This document shows positions 1 to 12,499 of a DNA stretch of 64,000 nt, one piece after another (positions within the stretch are counted from its first letter, which is position 1; each line of letters opens with the position of its first letter). A model generated the notes under the pieces. That model did not search any database, was not told the origin of the DNA, and saw only the letters and a program-made list of their open reading frames with translations. A program made the position numbers and the translations under genes. Origin of the DNA: the human T2T-CHM13v2.0 reference genome, Homo sapiens; the NCBI RefSeq assembly GCF_009914755.1, contig NC_060928.1, one strand, 5' to 3'.

Positions 1-261
1 GTTCTCTCATTGAGATGGACTAGGTGGTTGGTGCGACCCATGGAGAGAGAGGAAAATCAAAGGTGGTGCCATGGCCCACCCAGGAGCCACATGGGGCAAG
101 GGGAGCTCCCACCCCCAGCCAAGGGAGGTGGTGAGTGATTATGCTACCTCACCCAGGAAACCATGCTTTTTCCACGGGTCTGTGCAACATACGGATCAGG
201 AGATCTCCCTCATGGGGCCATGCCACAAGGGCCTTGGGATCCAAGCACAGAGCTGTGCAGA

Positions 262-669
262 TTGCTGAAGGCAAAGGGAATACAGAATGGGCAGTAGAAG
301 AAGGTAGTCATCAATAGCAACTATGAACATGTGACCAGCTGCAGAAATGAGGACTATATATATCATGAATATTTCCTCCTTCTTTTATTAAAAACATGTT
401 TGTGCATGTATACACTTGTCTTAAGAAAATATCTTCATTTTATTTCCTCTTCCTTTATCATGTGACATAAGTTTATTGACTTCATATAGGTATTTAAGTA
501 TTGTTAACGTTCTGTAACAGTATTTGGGTTGGGGATTGCTGCAGTTCCAGTTGCATGAAGGATAGTTGTATCATGTTAGGCATAATTATGACCTTATTAT
601 TGTCTTTATTTGAAGATTATGTATGATCGCAGGAGATGTGTATGGGTTCAAGTTGACAAGGGGTGGACT
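262..669 (+). mobile_element. HERV-L internal sequence, 3' end, with polypurine tract
   Basis: GCTGAAGGCAAAGGGAATACAGAATGGG...GACCAGCTGCAGAAATGAGGACT matches the recalled HERV-L 3' internal end. AAGGGGTGGACT (PPT) sits directly before the LTR. Confidence 0.8.
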
Positions 670-1020
670 TGTGATGGTTAATACCGAGTGTCAACTTGAT
701 TGGATTGAAGGATGCAAAGTATTGATCCTGGGTGTGTCTGTGAGGGTGTAGCCAAAGGAGATTAACATTTGAGTCAGTGGGCTGGGGAAGGCAGACCCAC
801 CCTTAATCAGTCACCAGCAAACATAACACAGGTAGAAAAAATGTGGTAAGGTGAGATTGGCCTAGCCTCCTAGCCTACATCTTTCTCCTGTGCTGGATGC
901 TTCCTGCCCTCAAACGTAAGATTCTAAGTACTTCAGTTTTGAGATTTGGAGTGGTCCTCCTTGCTCCTCAAGCTTGCAGACAGCCTATTGTGGGAACTTA
1001 TGATCGTCTAAGTTAATTAC

Positions 1021-1093
<73 letters not shown>

Positions 1094-1132
1094 CTATTGG
1101 TTCAGTCCTGTTAGAGAACCCTGATGAATACA
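670..1132 (+). mobile_element. MLT2A (ERVL) LTR, 3' LTR of HERV-L
   Basis: Starts TGTGATGGTTAATACCGAGTGTCAACTTGATTGGATTGAAGG and ends GAGAACCCTGATGAATACA (TG...CA). It has the internal AT/AC microsatellite typical of MLT2. Confidence 0.9.
1019..1090. repeat. (AT)n(AC)n(AT)n compound microsatellite
   Basis: Directly visible alternating purine-pyrimidine run. Confidence 0.97.
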
Positions 1133-1416
1133 GTGCCCCTCTGGGATGGAGATCCTAGAGGAAAGAGCAGGCAGCTATCTTTGCTGTTCTGCAGCCTCCA
1201 CTGGTGACACCTCCAGGTGCAGGAGGGACCCAGGTGAGGGTGAATAGGATCTGAAGTGCACCCCCAGCAAACCACAGCAGCCCTGCGGAAAAGGGGCCTG
1301 ACTGTTAAAAGAAAAGCAAGCAAATGGAAAGCAACAACAACAGCATCAACAAATAAGTCCCCACAAAAAAACCATCCCAAGGTCAGCAGCCTGAAACATT
1401 GAAGCTAGATAAACTC

Positions 1417-2435
1417 ATGAAGATGAAAGAGAATCAATGAAAAAAACACCAAAAACTAAAAAAGCCACAGTGCCTCTTCTCCTCCAAATGATTGCAACAC
1501 CTCTCCAGCAAGGGCACAAAACTGCACAGAGGCTGAGATAGATGAATTGACAAAAGTAGGCTGCAGAAAGTGAGTAATAATGAAATTTGCAGAGCTAAAG
1601 GAGCATGTTCTCACCCAATGCAAAGAAGCTAAGAACAACGGTGAAACATTACAAGAGCTGTTATCCAGAATAGCCAGTTTAGAAAGGAACATAAATGACC
1701 TGATGGAGCTGAAAAACATAACACAAGAACTTTACAATGCAACCACAAGTATCAATAGCTGAATAGACCAAGCAGAGGAAAGAATTTCAGAGCTTGGAGA
1801 TTATCTGGCTAAAATAAGACAGGTACACAAGATTAGAGAAAAATAAATAAAAAGGAATGAACAAAATTTCTGATAAGTATGGGATTATGTAAAAAGACTG
1901 AACCTATGACTGATTGGGGTACCTGAAAGAGACTTGAAGAATGGAACCAAGTTGGAAAACATAATTCAGGATATCAACCAGGAGAGCTTTCCCAACCTAG
2001 CAAGACAGGCCAGCATTCAAATTGAAAAAGGTAAGATACTCCCTGAGAAGATCAACCCCAAGACACATAATCATCAGATTTCCCAAGGTCAAAATGAAGG
2101 AAAAAATGTTAAGTGCTACCAGAGAGAAAGGCAAGGTAACCTCAAAAGGAAGTCCATCAGGCTAACAGTGGACCTATCAGTGGAAAACCTACAAGCCAGA
2201 GGAGATTGAGGACCAATATTCAACATTGTTATAGAAAGTAATTTCCAACCCAGAATTTTATATCCAACCAAACTAAGCTTCAAGAGTGAAAGAGAAATAA
2301 AATCCTTTTCAGACAAGCAAATGCTGAAGGAATTCATCACCACCAGGTCTGCCTTACAAGAGCTTTTGAAGGAAGTACAAAAAATAGAAAGGAAAAACTG
2401 GTACCAGCCACGGCAAAAACACACTGAAGTACAAA
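1417..2435 (+). pseudogene. Decayed L1 ORF1p
   Basis: Fragments such as FAELKEHVLTQCKEAKN and KLENIIQDINQESFPNLARQA, broken by several stops and frameshifts. Confidence 0.85.
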
Positions 2436-2494
2436 GACCAATGACACTATAAAGAAACTGCATCAACTAATGCACAAAATAACCAGCTGGCATC

Positions 2495-5255
2495 ATGATG
2501 ACAGGATCAAATTCACACATAACAATATTAATCTTAAATGTAAAGGGGCTAAATGCTCCAATTAAAAGACACAGAATCACAAGCTGGATCAAGTCAGGAC
2601 CCATCCATGTGCTATATTCAAGAGACCCATCTCTCGTCCAAAGATCACAGGCTCAAAATAAAGGGACAGAGGAAAATTTACCAAACAAATGGAAAGCATA
2701 AAAAAGCAGGGGTTGCAATCCTAGTTTCTGACAAAACAGTCTTTAAACCAACAAAGATAAAAAAAGACAAAGAAGGCATTACATAATGGTAAAGGGATCA
2801 ATTCAACAAGAAGAGCTAACTATCTTAAAATATATGCGCCCATCACAGGAGCACCCAGATTCATAAAACAAGTTCTTAGAGACCTACAAAGAAAGGTAGA
2901 CTCCCACACAATAACAGTGGGAGACTTTAACATTCTACTGTCACTATTAGACAGATCATTGAGACAGAAAATTAACACGGATATTCAAAACTTGGACTCA
3001 GCTCTGGATCAAGTGGACATGATAGATATCTACAGAACTCTCCACCCCAAATCAACAGAATATACATTATTCTTGTCATCACATGGCACTTACTCTAAAA
3101 CTGATCACATAATTGGAAGTAAAACACTCCTCAGCAAATGCAAAAGAACTGAAATCATAACAGTCTTTCAGACCACAGTGCAATCATATTAGAACTCAAG
3201 ATTAAGAAACCCACTGAAAACCATACAATTACATGGAAATTGAACAACCTGCTCCTGAATGACTCCTGGGTAAATAATGAAATTAAGGCAGAAATCAAGA
3301 AGTTCTTTGAAACCAATGAGAACAAAGACACAACGGACCAGAATCTCTGGGACACAGCTAAAGCAGTGTTAAGAGGGAAATTTATAGCACTAAATGTCCA
3401 CATCAAAAGTGAGAAAGATTTTAAATCAACACCCTAACATCACAACAAAAAGAACTAGAGAATGAGAAGCAAACAAACCCCAAAGCTAGCAGAAGTCAAG
3501 AAATTACTAAGATCAGAGTGGAACTGAAGGAGAGAGTGACACACGCACACAAAAAGAACTTCAAAAATCAGTGAATCCAGGAACTGTTTTTTTGAAAAAA
3601 ATAATAAAATTAAATAAAATAGACTAGCTAGACCAATAAGTGAGAAAAAATAGAAGAATCAAACAGACACAATTAAAAATGATGAGGAAGATATCACCAT
3701 CATCTCCACAGAAATAAAAACAGCCATCAGACAATAGTATAAACACATCTATGCAAATAAACTAGAAAATATAGAAGAAATATATAAATTCCTGGACACA
3801 TACACCCTGCCAAGACCAAATCAGCAAGAAATTAAATCTCTTAATAGACCAATAAAATGTTCTGAAATTGAGGCAGTAATGAGTAGCCTACCAGACAAAA
3901 AACAAAAACAAAAACAGAAAAAAACACCAGGAACAGACAGATTTACATCTGAATTATACTAGAAATACAAAAAGGAGCTGGTATCATTTCTTCTGAAACA
4001 ATTCCAAACAATTGAAATGGAGGGACTCCTCCATAACTTATTTTATGAGGTCAGCATCATGCATCATCCTGGTACCAAAACCTGGCAGAAATACAACAAT
4101 AGAAGAAAACTTCAGGCCAATATCCCTGATGAACATCGATGTAAAAATCCCCAATAAAATACTGGCAAACCGAATGCAGCAGCACATCAAAAAGCTTGTC
4201 CGCCATGACCAAGTTGGCTTCATCCCCAGGATGCAAGCCTGGTTCAACATACACTAATCAATAAATGTAACTTATCACATAAACAGAAATAAAGACAGAA
4301 ACCATATTACTATCTCAATAGATGCAGAAAAGCTTTTGATAAAATTCAACATCCCTTCATGTTAAAAACTCTCTATAAACAAGGTATTGATGGAACATAC
4401 TTTAAAATAATAAGAGCCATTTATGACAAATCCACAGCCAATATTATACTGAATGGGCAAATACTGGAAGTGTTCCCCTTGAAAACTGGGCAAAACAAGG
4501 ATGGCCTCTCTCAGCATTCCTATTAAACCTAGTGTTGGAAATTCTCGCCAGGGCAATCAGGCAAGCAAAAGAAATAAAGGTATTCAAATAGGAAGAGAGG
4601 AAGTCAAACTGTCTCTGTTTGCAGATCACATAATCCTATATCTAGAAAACCCCATTGCCTCAGCCCCAAAGTTTCTTAAGCTGATAAGCAACCTCAGCAA
4701 AGTCTCAGGATACAAAATCAATGTGCAAAAATCACAAGCTTTCCTATATACCAACAATAGACAAGTAGAGATCCAAATCATGAATGAACTCCCATTCACA
4801 ATTGTTACAAAGAGAATAAAATACCTAAGAATACAGATTAAAAGGGAAATGAAGACCTCTTCAAGGAGAATCTAAACCACTGCTCAAGGAACTCAGAGAG
4901 GACATAAACAAATGGAAAAACATTGCATGCTCATGGATAGAAAGAATCAATATCATGATAATTGGTGGTAAGGGCCATTTTCTGTAAAGTAACTTATAGA
5001 TTCAATGCTATTCCCACTAAAAAACCATTGACATTCCTCACAGAGGAAAAAAACTACTTTAAAATTCATAAGGAAACAAAAAAGAGCTTGTATAGTCAAG
5101 ACAATCCTAAGCAAAAAGAACAAAACTAAAGACATCACATTACCCAACTTCAAACTCTACTACAAGGCTACAGTGACAAAAACGGTATGGTAATGATACA
5201 AAAACAGACACATAGACCAATGGAACAGAGCAGAGATCTCAGAAATAAGACTACA
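2495..5255 (+). pseudogene. Decayed L1 ORF2p (endonuclease and reverse transcriptase), C-terminus missing
   Basis: ORF pieces 2495-2701, 2553-2786, 2917-3192, 3240-3437, 4012-4257 and 4501-4875 translate to ORF2p motifs. Confidence 0.9.
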
Positions 5256-5632
5256 TGTATGAGTTTGTTCTCATGCTGCTATAAAGAAATGCCTGAGAGT
5301 GGGTAGTTTATAAAGGAAATAGATTTAATTGACTTACAGTTCCTTAGGGCTGGGGAGGCCTCAGGAAATTTACAATCATGACAGAAGGAGAAGCAAACAT
5401 GTTCTTCTTCATGTGGTGGCATGAAGAAGAAGAATCACAGCCAAGTGGAGGGGGAAGCCCCTAATAAAACCATCAGATCTTGTGAGAACTTACTCATTGT
5501 CACAAGAATAGCATGGTAGAAACTGCCCTCATGATTCAATTACCCCCCAAAGGGGCCTCCCATGACACGTGGGCATTAGGGGAACTACAATTCAAGATGT
5601 AATTTGGGTGGGGACACAGCCCAACTATTTCA
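5256..5632 (-). mobile_element. THE1 (C/D-like) MaLR LTR
   Basis: Reverse complement begins TGAAATAGTTGGGCTGTGTCCCCACCCAAAT and ends GCAGCATGAGAACAAACTCATACA; 377 bp. Confidence 0.88.
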
Positions 5633-5917
5633 TTCTGCCCCTGCCCCCTACCAAAACTCAGGTCCTCACATTTTAAAACACAATCGTGCCCTTTCAAAAG
5701 TACCCCAAAGTCTTAACTCTATCTAGCATTAACTCAAAAGTCCAAGTCCAAAGTCTCATCTGAGACAAGGCAAGTCCCTTTCCTCTACTAGTCTGTAAAA
5801 TCAAAAGCAAGTTAGTTACTTCCTAGACACAATGGGAGTACAGGCATTGGGTAAATACACCCATTTCAAATGGAAGAAATTGGCCAATACAAAACGACTA
5901 CAGGCCCCATGCAAGTC
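5633..5917 (-). mobile_element. THE1 internal sequence, 3' end with PPT, truncated
   Basis: GGGGCAGGGGCAGAA PPT on the minus strand next to the LTR. TCCAAAGTCTCATCTGAGACAAGGCAAGTCCC is typical THE1-int. Confidence 0.85.
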
Positions 5918-6247
5918 GTAAGAGGAAGGAGTGCTAAGAAGAAGGTTTATAGCACTAAATACCTATATCAAAAAGCATAAAAGTTCAGAAAGTGGCAACC
6001 TCATGTCACACCTCAGGGAACTAGGGAAACAAGAACACACTAAACCCAAAGCTAGCAGAAGAAAAGAAATAACAAAGATGAAAGAAGAACCTCATTTGGT
6101 CGAAACCAAAAAATTGAAACAAAAAAATACAAAAGTTCAATGAAACAAAAAGTTGGCTCTTTGAAAAGGTAAGCAAATCTACAGAACACTAGCTAGATTA
6201 ACCAAGAAGATAGTTTAACTCAAGCTCAATTAGAAATGAAAACAGGA

Positions 6248-6495
6248 GGCCAGGCATGGTAGCTCACGACTGTAGTCCCAGCATTTTGGGAGGCTGAGGC
6301 AGGCAGATCACTTAAGCTCAGGAGTTCAAGACCAGCCTGGGAAACATGGCGAAACCCCATCTAAAAATTAGCCAGGCATGGTGGCATGTGCCTGTATTCC
6401 CAGCTACTGAAGCAGGAGGAGCGCTTGAGTCCAGGAGGCAGAGGTGGCAGTGAGGCAAGATTGTGCCACTATACTCCAGCCTGGGTGGCAGAGTG

Positions 6496-6500
<5 letters not shown>
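6248..6500 (+). mobile_element. AluJ (Jb-like) with internal deletions
   Basis: GGCCAGGCATGGTAGCTCAC...GAGTTCAAGACCAGCCTGGG...GAGTGAGAC; degenerate TSD AAAACAGGAG / AAAATGGAG. Confidence 0.88.
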
Positions 6501-6526
<26 letters not shown>

Positions 6527-6599
6527 AAGGTAGGGAGGGAGGGAAGAAAGAAAGAAAAAGGAAGGAAGGAAGGAAGGAAGGAAGGAAGGAAGGAAGGAA

Positions 6600-6676
<77 letters not shown>

Positions 6677-6695
6677 GAAGGAAGGAAGGAAGGAA

Positions 6696-6726
<31 letters not shown>

Positions 6727-6752
6727 GGAAAGAAAGAGAGAGAAAGAAGAAA
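6500..6752 (+). repeat. Alu-tail purine microsatellite including (GGAA)11 (GAAA)18 (GGAA)6
   Basis: Counted directly: GGAA x11 at 6560-6603, GAAA x18 at 6604-6675, GGAA x6 at 6676-6699. Confidence 0.97.
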
Positions 6753-7628
6753 ATGGAGCTATTACAACTGACATCACAAATACAAAAGATCACTTGAGAC
6801 TCTTATGATCACCTCTATGCACACAAACTAGGAAACCTAGAGTAAATGGATAAATTCTTGGATACACACAACACGTCCCCCCCGACCCACCAGCTTGAAT
6901 TAGGAAGAAATAGAAATTCTGAACAGATTAATAACAAGCAGTGAGATTGAATTAGTAATTTAAAAAAACTGCCAACACAACAATAACAACAAAAAAACCA
7001 GGACCAGACTGATTCACAGCTGAATTCTACCAGACAGTCAAAGAAAAATTGATACCAATACTACGGAAATAATTCTGTAAGACTGAGAAGAAGAGAATCC
7101 TTTTTAACTCATTCTGTGAAGCCAGTATCACCCAAATACAAAAGCCAGGAAAGGACATTAAAAAAACAAAACTACAGACCGATATACCTTATGAATACAG
7201 ATGCAAAAAATCCTCAACAAAATACTAGGAAACCAAATCCAATAGCACATCAAGAAGATAATTCACTATGATCAAATGGGTTTTACCTCAGGGATGCAGG
7301 GACAGTTCAACATATGCAAATCAACAAATGTGATTCATTACATAAACAGAATTAAAAACAAAAACCATATGATTACCTCAATAGATGCAAAAAAAGCATT
7401 CAATAAAATCCAGCATCCCTTTATAATAAAAATAAACTTAGCATAGATGACATACCTCAAAATAATACCTCAATAAACTAAGCATAGATGACATACCTCA
7501 AAATAATAAAAGCCATATATGACAAACCTACAGCCCACATCATACTCAATAGGCAAAAGTTGAAACTATTTACCCTAAAAACTGGAACAAGACATGGATG
7601 CCCACTTTCAACATTTCTATTCAACATA

Positions 7629-7684
7629 TTAGTTTGGTGCAAAAGTAATTGCGGTTTCTGCCATTACTTTTAATGGCAACCTAA
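7629..7684. mobile_element. MADE1 (Hsmar1 mariner MITE), internally deleted
   Basis: TTAGTTTGGTGCAAAAGTAATTGCGGTTTCTGCCATTACTTTTAATGGCAACCTAA inserted at a TA within L1 CAACATA/GTACTG. Confidence 0.9.
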
Positions 7685-9789
7685 AATAGTACTGAAAGTC
7701 CTAGTCAGAGCAGTCAGGCCAGAGAAAGTAAGGACATCTGAATTGGAAAAGAGGAAGTCAAACCATCTCTGTTTGCTGATGATATGATCTTATATCTAAA
7801 AAATCCTAAAGATTCCTCCAGAAGACTCCCTAATCTGATAAATGAATTCAGTAAAGTCTCAGATTACAAAATTAATGTACAGAAATCAATACCATTGCTA
7901 TACATCAACAATGACCAAGCTAAGTGTCAAATCAAGAGCTCAATCCCTTTTACAATTGCACCAAAAAATTAAATACACTTAACCAAGGAGGAGAAAGATA
8001 TCTAAAAGGAGAACTACGACACACTGCTGAAAGAAATCATAGATGACACAGACAAATGAAAATACTTTCCATGCTCATGGATTGGAAGAATCAATATCAT
8101 GACAATGACCATACTTCCCATAGAAATCTACAGATTTGATGCAATTTCTATCAAAATGTTAACATCATTTTTTACAGAATTAGAAAAACACTGCTGAAAT
8201 TCATATAGAACAAAAAAAGAGCCTGAATAGCCAGAGCAATCCTAAGCTGAAAGAACAAATCTGGAAGCATCACATTACCTGACTTCAAATTATACTACAA
8301 GGCTATAGTTACCAAAACAGCATGATACTGGTATAAAAGTAGATATATACACCAATGGAACAGAATCAAAAACCCAGAAATAAAGCCAAATACTTACAAC
8401 CAACTGATCTTCAACAAAGCATACAAAAACATAAATGGAGAAATGGACACCGTATTCAATAAATGGTCCTGGGAAAAGTGGATGGCCACATGTAAAAGAA
8501 TGAAACTGAATCTCTGTCTATCACCATACTCAAAAATTAAGTTAGATTAAAGACTTAAATCTAAGACCTGAAACTATAAAAATTCTACAAGAAATCCTAA
8601 GAAAAACTCTTTTGGACATTGGCCTAGGCAAATAATTTATGCCTAAGGCCCCAAATGCAAATATAACAAAAACAAAAATAAATAAATGGGATCTAATTAA
8701 ATTAAAAAACTCTGCTCAGCAAAAGAAATAAGCATCAAAGTAAACAGACAAGCTACAGAATGGAAGAAAATATTTGCAAATTATGCATCTGACGAAGGAC
8801 TAATATCTAGAATCTAAAAAGGAACTCAAACAAATCAGCAAAAAAAAAAAATAACAATCCCATTAAAAGGTGGACAAATGACATGAATAGATATTTCTCA
8901 AATGGAGATACCCAAATGGCTAACAAATATGAAAAAAAAAGCTCAACATCACTAATCACCAGGGAAATGCAAATTAAAACCACAATAATATACCACCTTA
9001 CCCCAGCCAGAATGGCTATTTCTAAAAAGTCAAAAAGAAAACAATAGATGTTGGTGGGAACATGGTGAAAAGGGAATGCGTAATACACAGTTAGTGGGAA
9101 CGTAAATTAGTACAACCTGTATGAAAAACAGTATGGAGATATCTCAAAGAACTGAAAGTAGATCTACCGTTTGATGCAGCAATCCCACTACTGGGTATCT
9201 ACCCAAAGAAAAAGAAGTTACTATACCAAAAAGATAACTGCATGCATACGTTTATCACAGCATAATTCACAGTTGCAAAGATATGGAATCAAGTTAAGTG
9301 CCCATCAATCAATAAGTGGATAAAGAAAATGTAGTATATATACATCATAGAATACTACTCAGCCATAAAAAAGAAAGAAATCATGTCTTTTGCATCACCT
9401 TGGATGGAACTGGAGACCCTTATTCTAAGTGAAGTATCTCAGGAATGAAAAACCAAATACCACATATTCTTACTTATAAGTGGGAACTGAGCTGTGGGTA
9501 CACAAAGGCATACAGAGTTGTATAATGAACATTGGAGACTCAGAAAAGGGGAGGCCAGGAGGAGGGTGAGGTATGAAAAACTACCTATTGGGTACAAGGT
9601 ACACCACTTGGATGATGAGTATGCTAAAATCCCATGGCGCACCACTATACAAGTCATCCATGTAACCAAAAACCACTTGTACTCTAACATCTATTAAATT
9701 GAAAACTTAAAATAATTTTAAAATAAAACAAAATGAAAAAGTAAATAAAAAGTGTGTGAAGCACTGGAATGTCTGTTTAAGTATAGAAA

Positions 9790-10723
9790 TGTCTATTTCT
9801 CAAGAGAAGACATATAAATGTTCAACAGGTATATGAAAAAATGTTCAACATCATTAATCATTAGGGAAACGCAAATTAAAAGTGCAATGAGATGTCACTT
9901 CACACCCCTTAGAATGGCTTTTATCACAAAGGAAAAAGGTGTTGGTAAGAATGTGATGATAAAAGATCCCTTGTTCATTGTTAATGGGTGTAAGTACAGC
10001 CATTATGGAAACAGTATAGAGGTTTCTCAAAAAAATGAAAAACAGAACTACCATATGATTCACCAGTCCTACTTCTGAAGGAAATAAAATCAGTATGTCA
10101 AAAAGATAGCTATACACACTCCTATGTTCATTGCAACACTATTCACAATACATAAGATATGGACAAAACTTAAGTGTCCATCAGTGGATAAATGGATAAA
10201 GCATATGTGGTATATAAACACAATGGAATACTATTCAGCCTAAGAAAAGAAGGAAGTCTTGTCATTTGCCACAAAATGAATGAACCTGCAGGACATTACA
10301 TTAAGTGAAATAAGACAGGCACAGAAAGGCAAATATTGTATGACCTCACTTACACGTGAACTCTAAAAAAGGTCAACTTACAGAAGCAGAGCATAGACTG
10401 ATTGTCACCAGAAGCTGGGAAAGAGGGCAAATAGATGCTGGTCACAGGGTACAAAGTTTCGGTTAGACAGGATGAGTAAGTTCTGGAGATCTATTGTACA
10501 GCATGGTGACTACAGATAATAAATAACGTAGAGTGTATTTGGAAATTGCCGAGAGTGTAGACTATAAATATTCTCACCACGCACAAAAAAAGATAAGTAT
10601 GGGAGGTGATGGATATTTTAATTAATTTCACTTAATCATCCCACAATGTGTGTGTGTGTGGAAACATCACATTGTACCCCAAAATATATATGATTTTTAA
10701 TTGTTAATTATTAATAAATAAAA
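9790..10723 (+). mobile_element. LINE-1 L1MA-type 3' end
   Basis: End of ORF2 ([18 protein letters not shown]) and L1MA 3'UTR (GAGATCTATTGTACAGCATGGTGACT, ATTCTCACCAC, ACATCACATTGTACCCC). Confidence 0.85.
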
Positions 10724-11439
10724 GTCCATATACTTCACAAATCAATTCTCTTTTTAAGATAAAGTCAGTTTCATAGTGGTCCACCTTTAAGAGAATAACC
10801 TTTGGAATTCTAAGGGAAATGGACAGAGTTATCAAATATCACCCAAAGATCATGGCTTGAAAGTAGCACAGAAGCATGGGGAAACCCAAAGTTAGACTAA
10901 GTGTGGAGAGCAGAGCATCTCTCATCTGCTGGTGGTGGAGTTTCCTGACACATGGCTAGAGCAACAGATCAAGTCACCCTTCCATAGATCTGCCACCTCC
11001 CAGAGAAATACAACTTCCATCAATTTACGTTATCACGATGGGAGGAGGGAAATCTTTTCCAACAAGTTTTGGGTGTAACTCTGCAAATGGATGTCACAAC
11101 ACATGAAATGGGAAACTGTTAAATTACTGCTGTTAGCTCTGATACCTTCTCTCTACAGCTTCCTCACCAAGACCAAGCCAAAATAACTTAGCCCTAGCAG
11201 ATCAAGAAAAACAGCCAGCACGAAATAGCCTCAGCCCTTCCCTAGCATAACCTTCAAATATTCATGTGCTAGACCCTGGATGCTTCTAACTACCCCACAC
11301 AGCCAGGCATTTCTCTGCCTTATGAACATTCGCTGTTTCCAGGGCTCCCTTGAAACACATTCCAGGAAGTATACCCCACAGATGCCCTGATGTTGTGTTT
11401 TTCAATCAATGTTCAAACAAACCAAGACATTTTTGTGCA

Positions 11440-11910
<471 letters not shown>

Positions 11911-12237
11911 AAAAATGTGACACATACAAATATAGATTGCACAGATGTCAAAGCTCTAACTCATTAAGTAGGAAACCAACAGGGTAAAAGTAGTTCAAAG
12001 AGCATTTGAAGAACTGACATTTTATAGACACTAGAATATCAGAATAAGATTGTTAGATTAGATACAAAACTGGTTAATGTCATATAGGAAATATGTTCCT
12101 AAGCTTTGGAGTTATCTTTTCCACTAGACAGAAAACATTTACATCTCTATCAGACAAAAACTTACACATTGATGAATAATTTAAAGAGTCTGGGCCCTAT
12201 TTAGTCAATAGTAAGTGACATACAGGTACACACCCTA

Positions 12238-12477
12238 CAGTTGCACTGTCAAATACGGTAACCACTAACCTCATGTAGCTGTTTAAATTAAAATGTAAGT
12301 TAAATAGAAATAGATAAAAGTGAAAATTCAGTTTCTCAGTCACTGTAGCCACATTTTATGTGCACTGTAGCCACATTTTATGTGCTCAGTAGCCAGCTGT
12401 GACTAGTGGCTTCTGTATTGGAGAGGATAGAATGGAGCATTTCGGCCATAGCTTAATGTTCTAGTGGACAGCACTGG
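12238..12477 (-). mobile_element. MER3-like hAT-Charlie MITE
   Basis: Ends GCACTGTCAAATACGGTAACCACTA and GTGGACAGCACTG; internal AAAATTCAGTTTCTCAGTCACTGTAGCCACATTT. Confidence 0.8.
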
Positions 12478-12499
12478 CCCTAGAGAGTTCTCAAGTGAA

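Larger units (their letters stand above)
1..5255 (+). mobile_element. LINE-1, older L1PA lineage (about L1PA10-13): partial 5'UTR, ORF1 and ORF2 truncated at the 3' side; interrupted by a HERV-L/MLT2A fragment
   Basis: L1P-type 5'UTR at 1-261 resumes at 1133. ORF1 remnants follow. ORF2 starts MMTGSNSHITILILNV at 2495, with EN (GDFN, SKTDHI) and RT ([29 protein letters not shown]) motifs. It ends abruptly at the THE1 LTR. Confidence 0.93.
5930..9750 (+). mobile_element. LINE-1, L1PB3/4-like, 5'-truncated (mid-ORF2 to 3'UTR and A-tail)
   Basis: ORF2 remnants ([28 protein letters not shown]). L1PB-type 3'UTR (CATGTAACCAAAAACCACTTGTAC) and A-rich tail at about 9700-9750. Hosts an AluJ and a MADE1. 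Confidence 0.9.

Noticed and set aside
6404-6793. ORFs rich in K/E/R or F/L/S (also 16789-17196, 21143-21707, 50843-51103)
   Set aside because: They are translations of purine or pyrimidine microsatellites that lack stop codons.
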